From Planctomycetota bacterium (GTDB taxonomy: Bacteria > Planctomycetota > UBA8108 > SXIK01): 64,000 nucleotides of DNA. Positions within the stretch are counted from its first letter, which is position 1. Each line of letters begins with the position of its first letter. Positions 9,746 through 20,094 of this stretch are shown here, one piece after another. The translations under genes and the position numbers were made by a program. Below the pieces are notes generated by a model, which was not told the DNA's origin, ran no database searches, and saw nothing but the letters and a program-made list of their open reading frames with translations. Location of the stretch: the NCBI GenBank assembly GCA_965223265.1, contig OZ244999.1:2208001-2272000 (forward strand), given 5' to 3'.

Positions 9746-10510
9746 TTAATACATGGGACGCCCGCCCAGATCACGCTCAGCCTGAAACGACCGTTTGGAA
9801 CGGGGCGGTGAAAAAATCACCTGCGCTACGATCAGGTCTCTGAGAGTCAAGTGTCCGTACACTGGCGTGGAACGTGCCGCCAGAGCCGCCGCCCGTGAGC
9901 GCCGCCTTTCCCGCGTCGCGCGTCGCTGGTTCCACGAGCTGCGAAGACGACGTTTCGCCAGACCACTCTCGAGATGGCGGCGTTCGGCGACCGATTCGAT
10001 GTGCCGCGACTGGAGTTTTGAGACCAAAAGTTCGTCGCTCAGCTGTCGGTCGCCGCGCGCGTCTTCCGCCGCATTCGCTTCCTGCGGTTGTTCTAGCGGA
10101 CGCCGGCCTCGCTGCTGCCGTTGCCTCTGCGCCGCTTGACGCCGTTGCTGCAGCTCTCGGCGGCGTTCCCGCAGCGCTTCTTGTCGCGCCTGCTCTTGCT
10201 GCGCCGCCGCGACATCGTACTCGACGGCGGCGGGTTCCGCAGCTTCATCCGGCTGGACATCTCGTACATCCCGCGCGCCCTGGCCTTGCGCCTCTTCTGA
10301 CTCTCGCCGTACTTCTTCAAGAAACTCCCGCAGGCCACGCGTCGTCGGTGGTCGCCGTACTGCTTTGCGAGCACTGAAGAGTGCCCGCAGAATCCCACCG
10401 ACGATGACGACTACGACGAACAAGATTTTGACGAGCTGCTCTGGGTCGGCAAAGGCACCCATGAGCAGCATTGTCACGAGATCGGGCATGACTGCGTGTA
10501 GCTCGGACAT
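9746..10510 (-). CDS. Hypothetical membrane-anchored protein (YqfB-like position after floA)
   Basis: N-terminal TM, Gln/Arg-rich coiled region, C-terminal LRDLIVAQVIFSPP resembling the tail of floA-downstream proteins. Confidence 0.65.
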   Translation of the reverse strand: MSELHAVMPDLVTMLLMGAFADPEQLVKILFVVVVIVGGILRALFSARKAVRRPPTTRGLREFLEEVRRESEEAQGQGARDVRDVQPDEAAEPAAVEYDVAAAQQEQARQEALRERRRELQQRRQAAQRQRQQRGRRPLEQPQEANAAEDARGDRQLSDELLVSKLQSRHIESVAERRHLESGLAKRRLRSSWNQRRATRERRRSRAAALAARSTPVYGHLTLRDLIVAQVIFSPPRSKRSFQAERDLGGRPMY

Positions 10511-10688
10511 ATTGCGAAAGCCTGTTCAAGAGAATCGTTTTGGCCGGGAGAACGGCCTATTCTGCCAGCCCCATCGCTTCCATCTGGCACAATACTTTGC
10601 GGCAGCAGCTCAGTCATTGCCGGTGCTCGCGACGGCAGATCCGAGTGCGAGTAGCTTCGAATCTGTGGCGCAGCGCCGCAGCGGGCTC

Positions 10689-11765
10689 TTAGGTCCTTTC
10701 CGATTCGTCCAGCGAACGATCGTCTTCCTCCTCTTCGACGTTCTTCGCTAACTCCTCTCGCATACGTGTGTCGGCCTGCAAGTTGCGAAGATTGTAGTAG
10801 TCCATGACACCGAGGTTGCCGTGACGGAACGAGTCAGCGATCGCCGACGGAATCTCCTTCTCTGCCAGTACGACCTTGGCGCGGTTTTCCTGCGTCAGTG
10901 CCTCCATCTCTTGCGCGCGCGCCACGGCTTGCGCGCGCCGCACTTCGGCCTCGGCCTGCGCCCGTTTCTTTTCGGCTTCTGCCTTGTCGACAAGGAGCCT
11001 GGCGCCGATGTTCTCGCCGACGTCGATGTCGGCGATGTCGATCGACACGATTTCGTAGGCGGTTTGCGCATCGAGACCGGCGTTGAGAACTTCTTGGGAG
11101 ATCTTCCGCGGATTAGCTAGCACATCCTTGTGGGTGTCGGACTGGCCGATGGCAGCTACGATGCCCTCACCGACGCGCGCGATCACGGTCTCTTCCGTGG
11201 CGCCACCGACCAGCCGCGGCAGGTTCGTGCGCACTGTCACGCGGGCGCGGCAGCGGAGCTGAATCCCATCCTTGGCGACGGCATCGATGGTGGCGCGGCC
11301 GCGACCGGGACTGGGGCAGTCGATCACTTTCGGGTGCACACTCGTGCGTACCGCGTCGAGGACGTCGCGCCCCGCCAAATCGATGGCGGCTGCACGTTCG
11401 AACGACAGAGGAATTTCGGCGCGAGAGGCGGCGACGAGCGCCTGAACCACTTGGCGAACGTTGCCCCGGGCCAGCACGTGGCTCTGTAGCTTGTCGATGC
11501 CAACAGGAATGTTGGCCTTGGTGCTGGTGACGAGGACGTCCGTGATGAGCTGCGGGTTGATCTTCCGCAGGAACATACCGACGAATTCAGTGATCGCGAT
11601 CGGGCAGCCGGAAGAGTAGGCCTGGAGCCACAGCTTGCCGAAAGCGAGAAAGAAAAAGACGACTACGACAGCGAAGAGAATACCGACGGCGGCGCCGATT
11701 CCCTGCCAGATTGTTATGGCTAGCCACGGCGCATCCAGCCCAAACGTTGACCACATTGGGACCAT
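10689..11765 (-). CDS. floA: Flotillin-like protein FloA (YqfA/UPF0365)
   Basis: [59 protein letters not shown] motifs. Confidence 0.92.
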   Translation of the reverse strand: MVPMWSTFGLDAPWLAITIWQGIGAAVGILFAVVVVFFFLAFGKLWLQAYSSGCPIAITEFVGMFLRKINPQLITDVLVTSTKANIPVGIDKLQSHVLARGNVRQVVQALVAASRAEIPLSFERAAAIDLAGRDVLDAVRTSVHPKVIDCPSPGRGRATIDAVAKDGIQLRCRARVTVRTNLPRLVGGATEETVIARVGEGIVAAIGQSDTHKDVLANPRKISQEVLNAGLDAQTAYEIVSIDIADIDVGENIGARLLVDKAEAEKKRAQAEAEVRRAQAVARAQEMEALTQENRAKVVLAEKEIPSAIADSFRHGNLGVMDYYNLRNLQADTRMREELAKNVEEEEDDRSLDESERT

Positions 11766-11876
11766 TACGTTCCTCTCTTTCCTCTTAGGCGCCCGCGTGT
11801 GGGCGGGTTGAGTTTCTATTTTGTCTCAAAATGAACCGATCGCCCCGCACTGCTCTCCGTCCCCGCGCCGCGATCC

Positions 11877-12374
11877 TCATGGCGGCGGCGTCGTCTCGGA
11901 TGTCTCAGCGCATAGCTTCACCAGCACTCGGTTTCCAGAGGCGTCGGTGACTTGGACTTTGGCTCCCTTGGGGATGAACCCGCCTGAGCTGATCACGTCG
12001 ATCTTGTGTCCCCCGATGGCGGCGATTCCGGCCGGGCGCAGCTCAGAGATGGTCACCCCCTCGAGGCCAACGAATTCCGAAATCGCGGTTTGGCCACGCA
12101 TCGGCTCATCGACCGTGAGCGCGGTCTTCAGAGAAACCTTTCGCAGCCAGTATCGAATCGATAGGAGCACGACCGTCACCGTGACCGCGATCGACGCGAC
12201 CGCTAGCACGGTGTGGCCCTGAGCGAAGAGACTGTAGATGCCAAAGACGGTACTCAGACCGCCGACGATGCCGAGAATGCCGAGCGACGGAATGAAGAGC
12301 TCAAGAAAGAGGCATGCGATCCCCACCGCAATGAGCAGGAACGCCAGCAGAGGGCTCGAGATGAATTCTGACAT
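11877..12374 (-). CDS. Short NfeD-family protein (TM + OB-fold)
   Basis: ELFIPSLGILG TM region; G.EGVTISELRPAG...IDVISSGGFI C-terminal NfeD domain. Confidence 0.85.
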   Translation of the reverse strand: MSEFISSPLLAFLLIAVGIACLFLELFIPSLGILGIVGGLSTVFGIYSLFAQGHTVLAVASIAVTVTVVLLSIRYWLRKVSLKTALTVDEPMRGQTAISEFVGLEGVTISELRPAGIAAIGGHKIDVISSGGFIPKGAKVQVTDASGNRVLVKLCAETSETTPPP

Positions 12375-12456
12375 TAGGGTTGTCCCAAGCGGCCGCTGCG
12401 ATCGGGCCGACTCGCCTCTTCATAACCTCTTCGGGTTGCGTCTGGCACGCAGCGTG

Positions 12457-14097
12457 TCATTCTGTCGTTTCCGGTGAGCCTTCGACAGCCGCGACGACGA
12501 CGTTGGCGCCAATCGACTCGACGATGCGGACCATTTGACCTTTCTCGATATACTGACCGTCCGAGACGACATCAAGCTGTCGTCCGTCCTCGAGCTCGAT
12601 CTTCCCCGCGGGGCGCAACGTGGTCACGGCGCTCCCCGTACAACCAACCAGCTCTGCCGTATCTGATTGGGACTCGAGCGCCGAATCCGCCGTCGGCACA
12701 CCGACGATGGCCGTCTCGGTCACCAACCCACGCTTGCGAAACGCAGAGGACGTCGACAGATACCATAGCAGCGCCATGAACAGCATGACTCCAACCCCAA
12801 ATGACCCAAAGAAAACGAATAGCGCCTCTTGGAATCTCTCGAGTCCGCCTTCTTCGGTCAACCCACCGCTGATCATGGCCAAAATGATGCTCAGTCCGCA
12901 GAGCGCTACCCCCAAAAGCGCGAAGATCGCGACACCCGGAAAGGCAAGCTCGAGGCCGATCAAGCCGAGCCCAACGACGAAGAGCAGCACTTCGTAGATC
13001 GTGGCGCTGGCCTGTTCGGCTCCGGAGACCGGGAAACATGCGGCGACGAAAAAGACGATAAAGCAGAGTGCACCGCACGCAGCAGGGATCATCGTGCCGA
13101 ACATCTTGAACTCGAGGAGGAGCCCGAGACAGCCTCCCATGATGAGCAGGAAGCGGACGAACGGGTGATTGAGAAAGTCGATGACGCTCTGCGCTTCAGG
13201 CGACTCCGGCTTGAACGCGGCGTGCGACGGGTCGACGACCTGAGCATCGGCGAGATCGAGTGCGACGCGGAGCTCATCAAAGTCGTTAACGATGTGGCGC
13301 GCGACGCCGAACGTTAGTGCATCGCGGGCGCCAATGGTGAGTGTGGTCCCCTTCGCGACGACGACACGTGCTTCGCCGACGACGCGAATCTTTCGTGCTC
13401 TGAGGTCCTGGAGATCTTCGGGGGTGACGAAGCGGTGCGTCTCCACGTCCTTACCGCCGCGGAACTCCGCCGTCCTGACGTGGAGGACGTCGCTCTGTGC
13501 CGGAGTGAAGAGAGCGCTCGCCAGTGCCACTGGATAGTTGCGACTGGCCGCATACTTTCGCGCCAGCCGCAGAATTCCATCGGCTGGTGCGGCGTCGCCG
13601 GCCCGGGCGCTTTCGCGCGGCGCGCCGAGATGGCTCTCTTCGCCCATGACGATTTCGTTGCAGGCGAGCGCAATGAGCGCCGTCAGCGCTGTCGCCTGTG
13701 CCCCGCGCTCCAGGAAAGCGGTTGTGCGAACGCTTTTTAGCCGGCCGAAGAGGTATTCTGCAAGTTCGACCGCGGCCTCCGAGTCGGCACCCGCCGAGTC
13801 GATCTCGACGATGACGTGGGTGATCCCCGGCTCCTGGCGGAGACGTCGTTCGACTTCTTCCTGGAGACTCTTCGAGAGTCCGTCGGTGACATGGCCCTTG
13901 ATGCGGACGGGGAGTAGCTTTGCCCGCACGTCGTCCTCCGCACCGCTCGGGTCTTGTGGCACCACCAGACCGCTCGCGAACAGGGCGCAGACAGCCGCCA
14001 GCCAAACTGGGCGACGGCCGCGCCGCCACCTCACGGCGAGCGCGCGCGACGTCGAAGTCGCGGCGTGGCGTCCGGCTCGATGCGGGAGAAAGATCAT
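12457..14097 (-). CDS. Long NfeD-family protein (ClpP/crotonase-like domain + TM + OB-fold), protease motif degenerate
   Basis: IVEIDSAG, ALIALACNEIVM, TM bundle, GSAVTTLRPAGK...DVVSDGQYI; ATG 14097 chosen as start (ORF open to 14523). Confidence 0.8.
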   Translation of the reverse strand: MIFLPHRAGRHAATSTSRALAVRWRRGRRPVWLAAVCALFASGLVVPQDPSGAEDDVRAKLLPVRIKGHVTDGLSKSLQEEVERRLRQEPGITHVIVEIDSAGADSEAAVELAEYLFGRLKSVRTTAFLERGAQATALTALIALACNEIVMGEESHLGAPRESARAGDAAPADGILRLARKYAASRNYPVALASALFTPAQSDVLHVRTAEFRGGKDVETHRFVTPEDLQDLRARKIRVVGEARVVVAKGTTLTIGARDALTFGVARHIVNDFDELRVALDLADAQVVDPSHAAFKPESPEAQSVIDFLNHPFVRFLLIMGGCLGLLLEFKMFGTMIPAACGALCFIVFFVAACFPVSGAEQASATIYEVLLFVVGLGLIGLELAFPGVAIFALLGVALCGLSIILAMISGGLTEEGGLERFQEALFVFFGSFGVGVMLFMALLWYLSTSSAFRKRGLVTETAIVGVPTADSALESQSDTAELVGCTGSAVTTLRPAGKIELEDGRQLDVVSDGQYIEKGQMVRIVESIGANVVVAAVEGSPETTE

Positions 14098-14625
14098 AAG
14101 TCGACGTGCCTCAAAGAATTGCAGCCTCTTACCCGAAGTTATTTTGGGTTCCTTTTCGGACCTTGTCAATGGCCTCACGCCGAGAGGCGTTGTGTTCCTT
14201 TTTCGGCCGCTTGCCGCCTCGAGCCAAAGGCCAATCGTGCACTGAGCGGAGCGTCTTGACACTCCCTTGGGATGAGCTCCTGCCAGGCGCATAGACTTGA
14301 TCCGCCACGGTCGTGCTTCATAATCGTTTCTGGGCCGCGAACGACGGTGTGCAGGCACGACCGTCCCGGGCGATCGCCGCGCCGTCGTGGAGCTCTTTCT
14401 GCGGCGCCTTTGGATCGGCTTTTCCGCGTCGGGGCGACCGCACGGCCAGGATCGAGCCGCCGTGCCAATGGCTGCTGCAAACTTCTGGACACCGGCGCGG
14501 TGAGTTCGATCGCCCAAACCCAACTACTGTGCGGACGCAATGGTCCCGGCCGCAACCGTTCGGCGCTGCGGTCCATCCGGCTGACTCTCGCGGCGTTGCG
14601 ATTCTGACGAATACGAAGAGGGCTC

Positions 14626-16293
14626 ATGAGCATCGCAGACGAGCTTTTGACTCGAGGGCTCATCACGGCCGACCAACTCGCCGAGGCGCTGGATTTCGGC
14701 ACCAACCAGGGAGTGCGTGTCGATCGCGCCCTTGTTCAGCTCGGCCACGTCAGCGAGCTGCGGCTGCTCGAGGTTCTCGCTGAGGAGCTGTCACTCGAGG
14801 TGGTCGACTTGTCGACGATCACAATCGATCCTCAAGTCCTACGTTCGCTCCCGCCTAAGTTTGTCTATCGTAAACGCCTCTTGCCATTGTCGCGGGAGAA
14901 CGGCACGCTGCGCGTCGCGACGAGCGACGCCTACGACCTCTACGCTCTCGACGAGGCTCGCATGCTGACGGGCCTCAGCGTCGAGCCTGTTTTGGCGCCC
15001 ACCGAAGAGATCGAAAAAGTCATCAAGGCGCAGTATGGAGTCGGTGGCGACACCATCGACGAGCTTGTTGGGACAGACGGGCTCGAGTTCCTCAGCGGCA
15101 GCGATGAACCGGAGGATCTTCTCGAGATGGCGCACGAAGCAAGCGTCATCAAGCTGGTCAATGAGATCATCCTCGAAGCGGTCAACGAGCGCGCTAGTGA
15201 CATTCATATCGAGCCGTTCGAACGCCATTTGTCCATCCGCTACCGCATTGACGGTGTGCTCCATGAGGCTGCCTTGCCGCCGCAAATTCACCGCTTTCAG
15301 GCGGCGATCATCAGTCGCATCAAGATCCTCTCCAACTTGAACATCGCTGAGAAACGATTGCCACAGGATGGCCGGATCAAGTTCAACGTCGGCGGACGGC
15401 AGCTCGACGTTCGCGTCAGCGTCATTCCGATGATCTTCGGCGAAGGCATCGTTATGCGTCTTTTGGATAAGTCGAACGTGCTGTATTCTCTTCCTGAGCT
15501 CGGCATGGACGCCGAGACGTTCGAGACGTTTCAGCGACTGATCGAGCGGCCGCACGGCATCATCCTTGTCACAGGGCCGACTGGTAGCGGTAAGACGACA
15601 ACGCTCTATGCGGCGCTCAACGCGATCGTCGGGCCTGAGAAGAAGGTCCTGACTGTCGAGGATCCGGTTGAGTACAACCTCGACGGCGTCAATCAGATCC
15701 CGGTGGAGCCGAAGGTCGGAATGACGTTTGAGCGTGGGCTCCGGGCCATCCTGCGCCACGATCCTGATGTGGTCATGATTGGTGAGATCCGCGATCTCGA
15801 AACTGCCGAGGCGGCGACTCAGGCGTCGTTGACCGGACACCTCGTGCTCTCGACACTGCACACCAATGATGCAGCCTCCGCGGCGACGCGGCTCATCGAC
15901 ATGGGCGTTGAGCCGTTTCTGGTCACCAGCACGCTCGTCGGCGCGATGGCGCAGCGGCTGGTGCGGTCGATTTGTGTCGACTGCAAGGAAAAGTACAAGC
16001 CGGACCGAACGCAATTTCCGGCTGACCTCAAAGTGTCCAAGTCGGCAAGGATTGCTCGCGGCGTTGGGTGCCGCGCGTGTCGCCAGACCGGCTATCGCGG
16101 TCGGACCGGTGTTTACGAGCTCATGCGGATGAGTGACGCGATCGGCGAACAGGTCATGCAGCGGGCTCCTGCCACCGACGTTGTTCGTGTGGCTCGCTCT
16201 GAAGGCTTGCGATTGCTACGGGAGGATGGCTGGGCTAAGGTTCTCGCCGGCATCACCACACCCGAAGAAGTCGCGCGGTGTACGGCCGGTTGA
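14626..16293 (+). CDS. gspE: Type II secretion ATPase GspE/PilB family
   Basis: ASDIHIEP, PQDGR, Walker A GPTGSGKTT, LRHDPDVVMIGEIRD, TGHLVLSTLHTND, Cys4 (CVDC/CRAC). Confidence 0.95.
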   Translation: MSIADELLTRGLITADQLAEALDFGTNQGVRVDRALVQLGHVSELRLLEVLAEELSLEVVDLSTITIDPQVLRSLPPKFVYRKRLLPLSRENGTLRVATSDAYDLYALDEARMLTGLSVEPVLAPTEEIEKVIKAQYGVGGDTIDELVGTDGLEFLSGSDEPEDLLEMAHEASVIKLVNEIILEAVNERASDIHIEPFERHLSIRYRIDGVLHEAALPPQIHRFQAAIISRIKILSNLNIAEKRLPQDGRIKFNVGGRQLDVRVSVIPMIFGEGIVMRLLDKSNVLYSLPELGMDAETFETFQRLIERPHGIILVTGPTGSGKTTTLYAALNAIVGPEKKVLTVEDPVEYNLDGVNQIPVEPKVGMTFERGLRAILRHDPDVVMIGEIRDLETAEAATQASLTGHLVLSTLHTNDAASAATRLIDMGVEPFLVTSTLVGAMAQRLVRSICVDCKEKYKPDRTQFPADLKVSKSARIARGVGCRACRQTGYRGRTGVYELMRMSDAIGEQVMQRAPATDVVRVARSEGLRLLREDGWAKVLAGITTPEEVARCTAG

Positions 16294-16318
16294 GCGCGGC
16301 AAGCACGTTAGGATTCTC

Positions 16319-17518
16319 ATGGCGAGCTTTGAATACACAGCGAGAAACGCCAGCGGCGAGAAGGTTGTCGGCTCGATCGAGGCTGACAGCGCGGCGGCGG
16401 CGATGCGCTCGCTCGATGAGCGGCGCCTTTTTCCCGTCCAAATCGTCGAGAAAGCAGCATCCCGCGCCGAGACGAGCACGCGGCGTGTCCGGTCGCGCGA
16501 TCTCGGAATCTTTTACGGCCAGCTAGCTGATCTCCTGCACAGCGGCGTGCCGCTTCTCAAGGCGATCGACTCTCTGATCCGTTCCTCGTTCAACCCGCGT
16601 CTCAAGGCGCTGCTGCGAAAGATTCGCGACGACGTCGCCGAGGGAACGTCACTCACCGAGGCGTTCCGTCAGCATCCTCACGCCTTTCCACTCCTCCACG
16701 TCGCCATGGTGCAGGCGGGGGAGCGAGCCAGCTTTCTCGAGGAGGTCCTCTACAGCCTGTCGGGCTTCATCGAGCGGCTCGACGAGCTGCAAGGAAAGGT
16801 GCGTGGGGCGATGATCTACCCCGCGCTTCTTTGCGCCCTCGGCACCACGGTCATGGTCGCGGCACTTATGTTTTTCGTGCCCAAGTTTGAACCCCTTCTC
16901 GAAGGCGTCGAGAAACCGCTTCCGACTCTGGTGATCTTCGGTCTGAGTGCTCTTGCGCGCCAGCACTGGTTCACCGCGATCCTGCTCATGGCTTTGGCGA
17001 CCTGGGTCCTCGTCAGCGTCGTCCGCAGCGAGTGGGGACGCGATGTCTACGAGCGCTTGCGTTTTCGCATCCCAGTGCTCGGAAACGCCATGCGTATGGT
17101 GGCGATCACCCGTTTCTGCCGCATCCTCGGCACCATGCTCGCCAACGGCGTGCCGATGCTCCAGGCGCTGACGATCAGCCGTGACGCGACAGGTTCTCGC
17201 GTCATGGCGGAGCTCATCGAAGCCGCAGCCGAAAGCGTCCGCGGCGGCGAGACTTTGAGCGGGCCCTTGGGTCAGGGGAATGTCTTTCCGGCGCAGATTT
17301 TGGCGATGATCACTGTTGCCGAGGAGTCGAATCAGCTCGAGAAGGTGTTAGTGCAGATTGCGGACACGGTCGAGCGCAGGACGCACCGGCAAGTCGACCA
17401 GGCGATGCGACTTCTGGAGCCGGTCATCCTCTGTTTGGTGGCTGTTGCAATCGGTTTTTTGGCGTTAGGCCTGCTGCTGCCGATTTTTACGCTCGCTGGT
17501 TCGATCGGCGCGACCTGA
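16319..17518 (+). CDS. gspF: Type II secretion platform protein GspF/PilC
   Basis: MASFEYTA start, LLHSGVPL, AMIYP, GVPMLQAL, two T2SSF domains with TMs. Confidence 0.92.
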   Translation: MASFEYTARNASGEKVVGSIEADSAAAAMRSLDERRLFPVQIVEKAASRAETSTRRVRSRDLGIFYGQLADLLHSGVPLLKAIDSLIRSSFNPRLKALLRKIRDDVAEGTSLTEAFRQHPHAFPLLHVAMVQAGERASFLEEVLYSLSGFIERLDELQGKVRGAMIYPALLCALGTTVMVAALMFFVPKFEPLLEGVEKPLPTLVIFGLSALARQHWFTAILLMALATWVLVSVVRSEWGRDVYERLRFRIPVLGNAMRMVAITRFCRILGTMLANGVPMLQALTISRDATGSRVMAELIEAAAESVRGGETLSGPLGQGNVFPAQILAMITVAEESNQLEKVLVQIADTVERRTHRQVDQAMRLLEPVILCLVAVAIGFLALGLLLPIFTLAGSIGAT

Positions 17519-17536
17519 GGCTTCGTCTACTTCTGT

Positions 17537-17565
17537 TTGACGGTGGCGCCATCACGCACTACAGT
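17537..17565 (+). promoter_or_regulatory. Putative sigma70 promoter upstream of gspG
   Basis: TTGACG-N17-TACAGT in the gspF-gspG spacer. Confidence 0.5.
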
Positions 17566-17656
17566 GATCAATTCACCCCGTTTTGCGGGAAGTCAACAGA
17601 CGCGGTCGACACTGGCGCGCCGGCCTCGTAGAGGAATTAGCGTAAAGAGGAAGAAG

Positions 17657-18175
17657 ATGCTGCACAGAATCAGCACGAACTCGGGTGGTTTTTCACTTGT
17701 TGAGGTCCTTCTCGTCATCGTGATCATTCTCATGCTTGCGGGTGCGCTCGTTGTTTACGTGCTGCCGCAGCAAGAGGGTGCTCAGGTCAATTCGACGGTG
17801 ATCAAGCTGAAGTCCATCGAGCAGGCTCTCAGTAGCTACAAAGTCAACGTCGGACGGTTTCCAAATGAGGACGAAGGCGGACTCCAGGCGCTCCTTCGGC
17901 GCCCTGACTTTGAAGACGAACGACTCGGTGACAAGTGGAATGGACCCTATATCAAGCCTGGTACCCCTCTCGACGATGCCTGGGGTAACACGCTGCGCTA
18001 CGAGCTCGTTGACAAGACTCTCATCGACGAACCTGACGCACCGGACTACGAGCTCTTCTCCGTTGGTCCGGACGGGCTCGAAGAGACGGAGGACGACATC
18101 CGCGTCGGCGCTAGCGTTGACGGCGATGGCATCGACATCGACACCGAAACCGGAAACGATACCGCGCCGATTTGA
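17657..18175 (+). CDS. gspG: Major pseudopilin GspG
   Basis: G|FSLVE prepilin motif, GRFP...GLQALL, WNGPYI, DAWG, LFSVGPDG motifs. Confidence 0.92.
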   Translation: MLHRISTNSGGFSLVEVLLVIVIILMLAGALVVYVLPQQEGAQVNSTVIKLKSIEQALSSYKVNVGRFPNEDEGGLQALLRRPDFEDERLGDKWNGPYIKPGTPLDDAWGNTLRYELVDKTLIDEPDAPDYELFSVGPDGLEETEDDIRVGASVDGDGIDIDTETGNDTAPI

Positions 18176-18268
18176 TGGCGTGGACTGATCGCGTCGGGCC
18201 GCGGCCTAACGTATGTGTGCCATACCACCGTGGTTCGGCGAGATTTGGGCTCCGCGTTCGGGACTTAA

Positions 18269-18354
18269 CAGCCTGCCTGATAAAGTGCTTCGAGTCGAAG
18301 AAGTTAACCCCAGCGCTTGCAGAGAAATTGACGACGAAGACCTGTTTTTTGTCG
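18269..18354. repeat. MITE family 1, degenerate copy F
   Basis: TTAA-CAGCCTGCCTGATAAAGTGCTTCGAG left end matches the family; right end decayed. Confidence 0.5.
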
Positions 18355-18403
18355 CTAGTTCCATGCTGGCATTGGAGCTTTCTGCGGGATCGCGGAGGTT
18401 GCG

Positions 18404-19465
18404 ATGGCGCGTACTGACGTCGGGGCGTGGCTGCGGCGCGTTCGGCGAATCAGGGAGACCGAGGCCCAGGCTCGCGACGGGGATGATCGTCGCAGGCGCG
18501 GCTTCAGTCTCATCGAAGTGCTGCTTTCCCTCGTCCTGCTCGGGCTTTTTCTTAGCGCCTTGGTGTGGAACTTCACGAATTTTGGACGCGGAAACGACTT
18601 CGAAGAAGGTGCGCGTCGAGTCGAAACGCTCCTGCGCTTCGCCCGCGGTGAGGCATCGCGACTGGGGCGACGCGTGCGGCTCGAATTCAAGCCGCGTCAC
18701 GAACCCGGACTCGAGGGCACTCTCGAAAGCGCTGCCGCGCCGCTAGGGGACGAGGCGACGCTCGCGTCGATCGTCTTCACCATTGAACGCGACCCGCTCC
18801 TCACACCGGGAGTTTTCACTTCTCCCACTGGCGACAGTTGGATGACAAGTGACGTCAATCAGCTCGTGGGTGTTGAATCGGTCTCCGAACTTGATCGTGT
18901 CACGGGCGTGGACGTGCTGGGAACCGCGGTTGACGGCGATCTGGACGCCGTGCCAGGTGAGGGGGAGCTCTTGGAATACGGGGAGGCGGGAGTGTCTCCG
19001 GAGGCGGGGGTGACCCTTGAAAACGCCGCAACGGACCAAGCGCGGCGCGGTTTTGTCGCCGCTGAGGAGGGTGACCTCGAGTCTCTGCTCGGCCCAGTGA
19101 CGTTTTACCCCGATGGTTCGAGCGACTCCGTACGTCTGACGTTGGCGCCGCTCGAGCCGAACGCTCGCCGGCGGGTCACGTTTGAGCTCGCTGGGGTGAC
19201 CGGCTCGATCCGCCGCATAGACCATGCCGTCAGCGAGGATGAAGATGGCGCGTTGGAGCCGGAGGAGTCGGCGACCTCGGAGCGCGACGAGTCGAGCTAT
19301 GAGCCGCAGACGCAGCGACAGGACCCGAATGACGGACGCGTCGCACCGAGCGTGCGCGAGCCCAACGTCTCACAGCCCACCGGGCCGCCACGCCGCGGGC
19401 GTCGCGATGGAGCTCTGCGTGACCGAGCTGGCGGCGGCGCTCGGGGATTGGAGGCGCGCCCATGA
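18404..19465 (+). CDS. Minor pseudopilin GspH-like
   Basis: G|FSLIE motif, ARGEA helix, VTFYPDGSS C-terminal motif; acidic/disordered inserts. Confidence 0.8.
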   Translation: MARTDVGAWLRRVRRIRETEAQARDGDDRRRRGFSLIEVLLSLVLLGLFLSALVWNFTNFGRGNDFEEGARRVETLLRFARGEASRLGRRVRLEFKPRHEPGLEGTLESAAAPLGDEATLASIVFTIERDPLLTPGVFTSPTGDSWMTSDVNQLVGVESVSELDRVTGVDVLGTAVDGDLDAVPGEGELLEYGEAGVSPEAGVTLENAATDQARRGFVAAEEGDLESLLGPVTFYPDGSSDSVRLTLAPLEPNARRRVTFELAGVTGSIRRIDHAVSEDEDGALEPEESATSERDESSYEPQTQRQDPNDGRVAPSVREPNVSQPTGPPRRGRRDGALRDRAGGGARGLEARP

Positions 19466-20094
19466 GGTCGGCTGAGGTGTCCCCCCAGCGATTGGTGCCG
19501 CTGCGGTCGGCGGCGATGGCTGCGCCGGGCGAGCCTGGCGTGCGGCGGCACGATCCAGCGTGCGTCCGCGGGGTCGTCCTGTTTGAGGTCGTGTTGGCGA
19601 TCGCGCTGTTTACGCTGACCGCGTCGATCGTGGTCGGTGGACTTGGAACGTCCGTGGCAGCGGTCGATCGCTTGAAGCTCAAGACGCACGCAGCCCATCT
19701 TGCCAGCAGCGTTCTAGCGCGCCTCGAGATGGGGCTCTTGTCGTCCAGTGAGGGGGGCGAGCGCCCGTTTCCCGCGCCCTATGGTGGTTGGACCTACGAA
19801 ATCGCTCGCGGGGACGAGACGGACGCGGCTGGAGGAGGAGGTGGCGGTGGTGGTGGCGGTCTTGCGGCTGGCGGGGCGCATGAGGCAGCAGGTAGCGGCC
19901 TCGAAGCACAGCTGCAAGCGTGGCAGGTGATCGTCCGCTACCAGCCAGACCCGTCGATCGAATATCGATTGACGCAGATCACGGCTGCATCGACCGCACG
20001 ACAACCCGGAGAGGAGCCCGCGGCGCACGAAAGCATCAGCGATGCTGAGCTCGAGCGCGTGCGCGAGATCTTTACAGCTGAGGCGGAGCGATGA
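19462..20094 (+). CDS. Minor pseudopilin GspI-like
   Basis: G|VVLFEVVLAIALF motif; poly-Gly insert; overlaps neighbours (ATGA). Confidence 0.75.
   Translation: MRSAEVSPQRLVPLRSAAMAAPGEPGVRRHDPACVRGVVLFEVVLAIALFTLTASIVVGGLGTSVAAVDRLKLKTHAAHLASSVLARLEMGLLSSSEGGERPFPAPYGGWTYEIARGDETDAAGGGGGGGGGGLAAGGAHEAAGSGLEAQLQAWQVIVRYQPDPSIEYRLTQITAASTARQPGEEPAAHESISDAELERVREIFTAEAER

Noticed and set aside
18172-18417. 81-aa ORF overlapping gspG and gspH
   Set aside because: Runs through a decayed MITE1 copy and has no protein-like features
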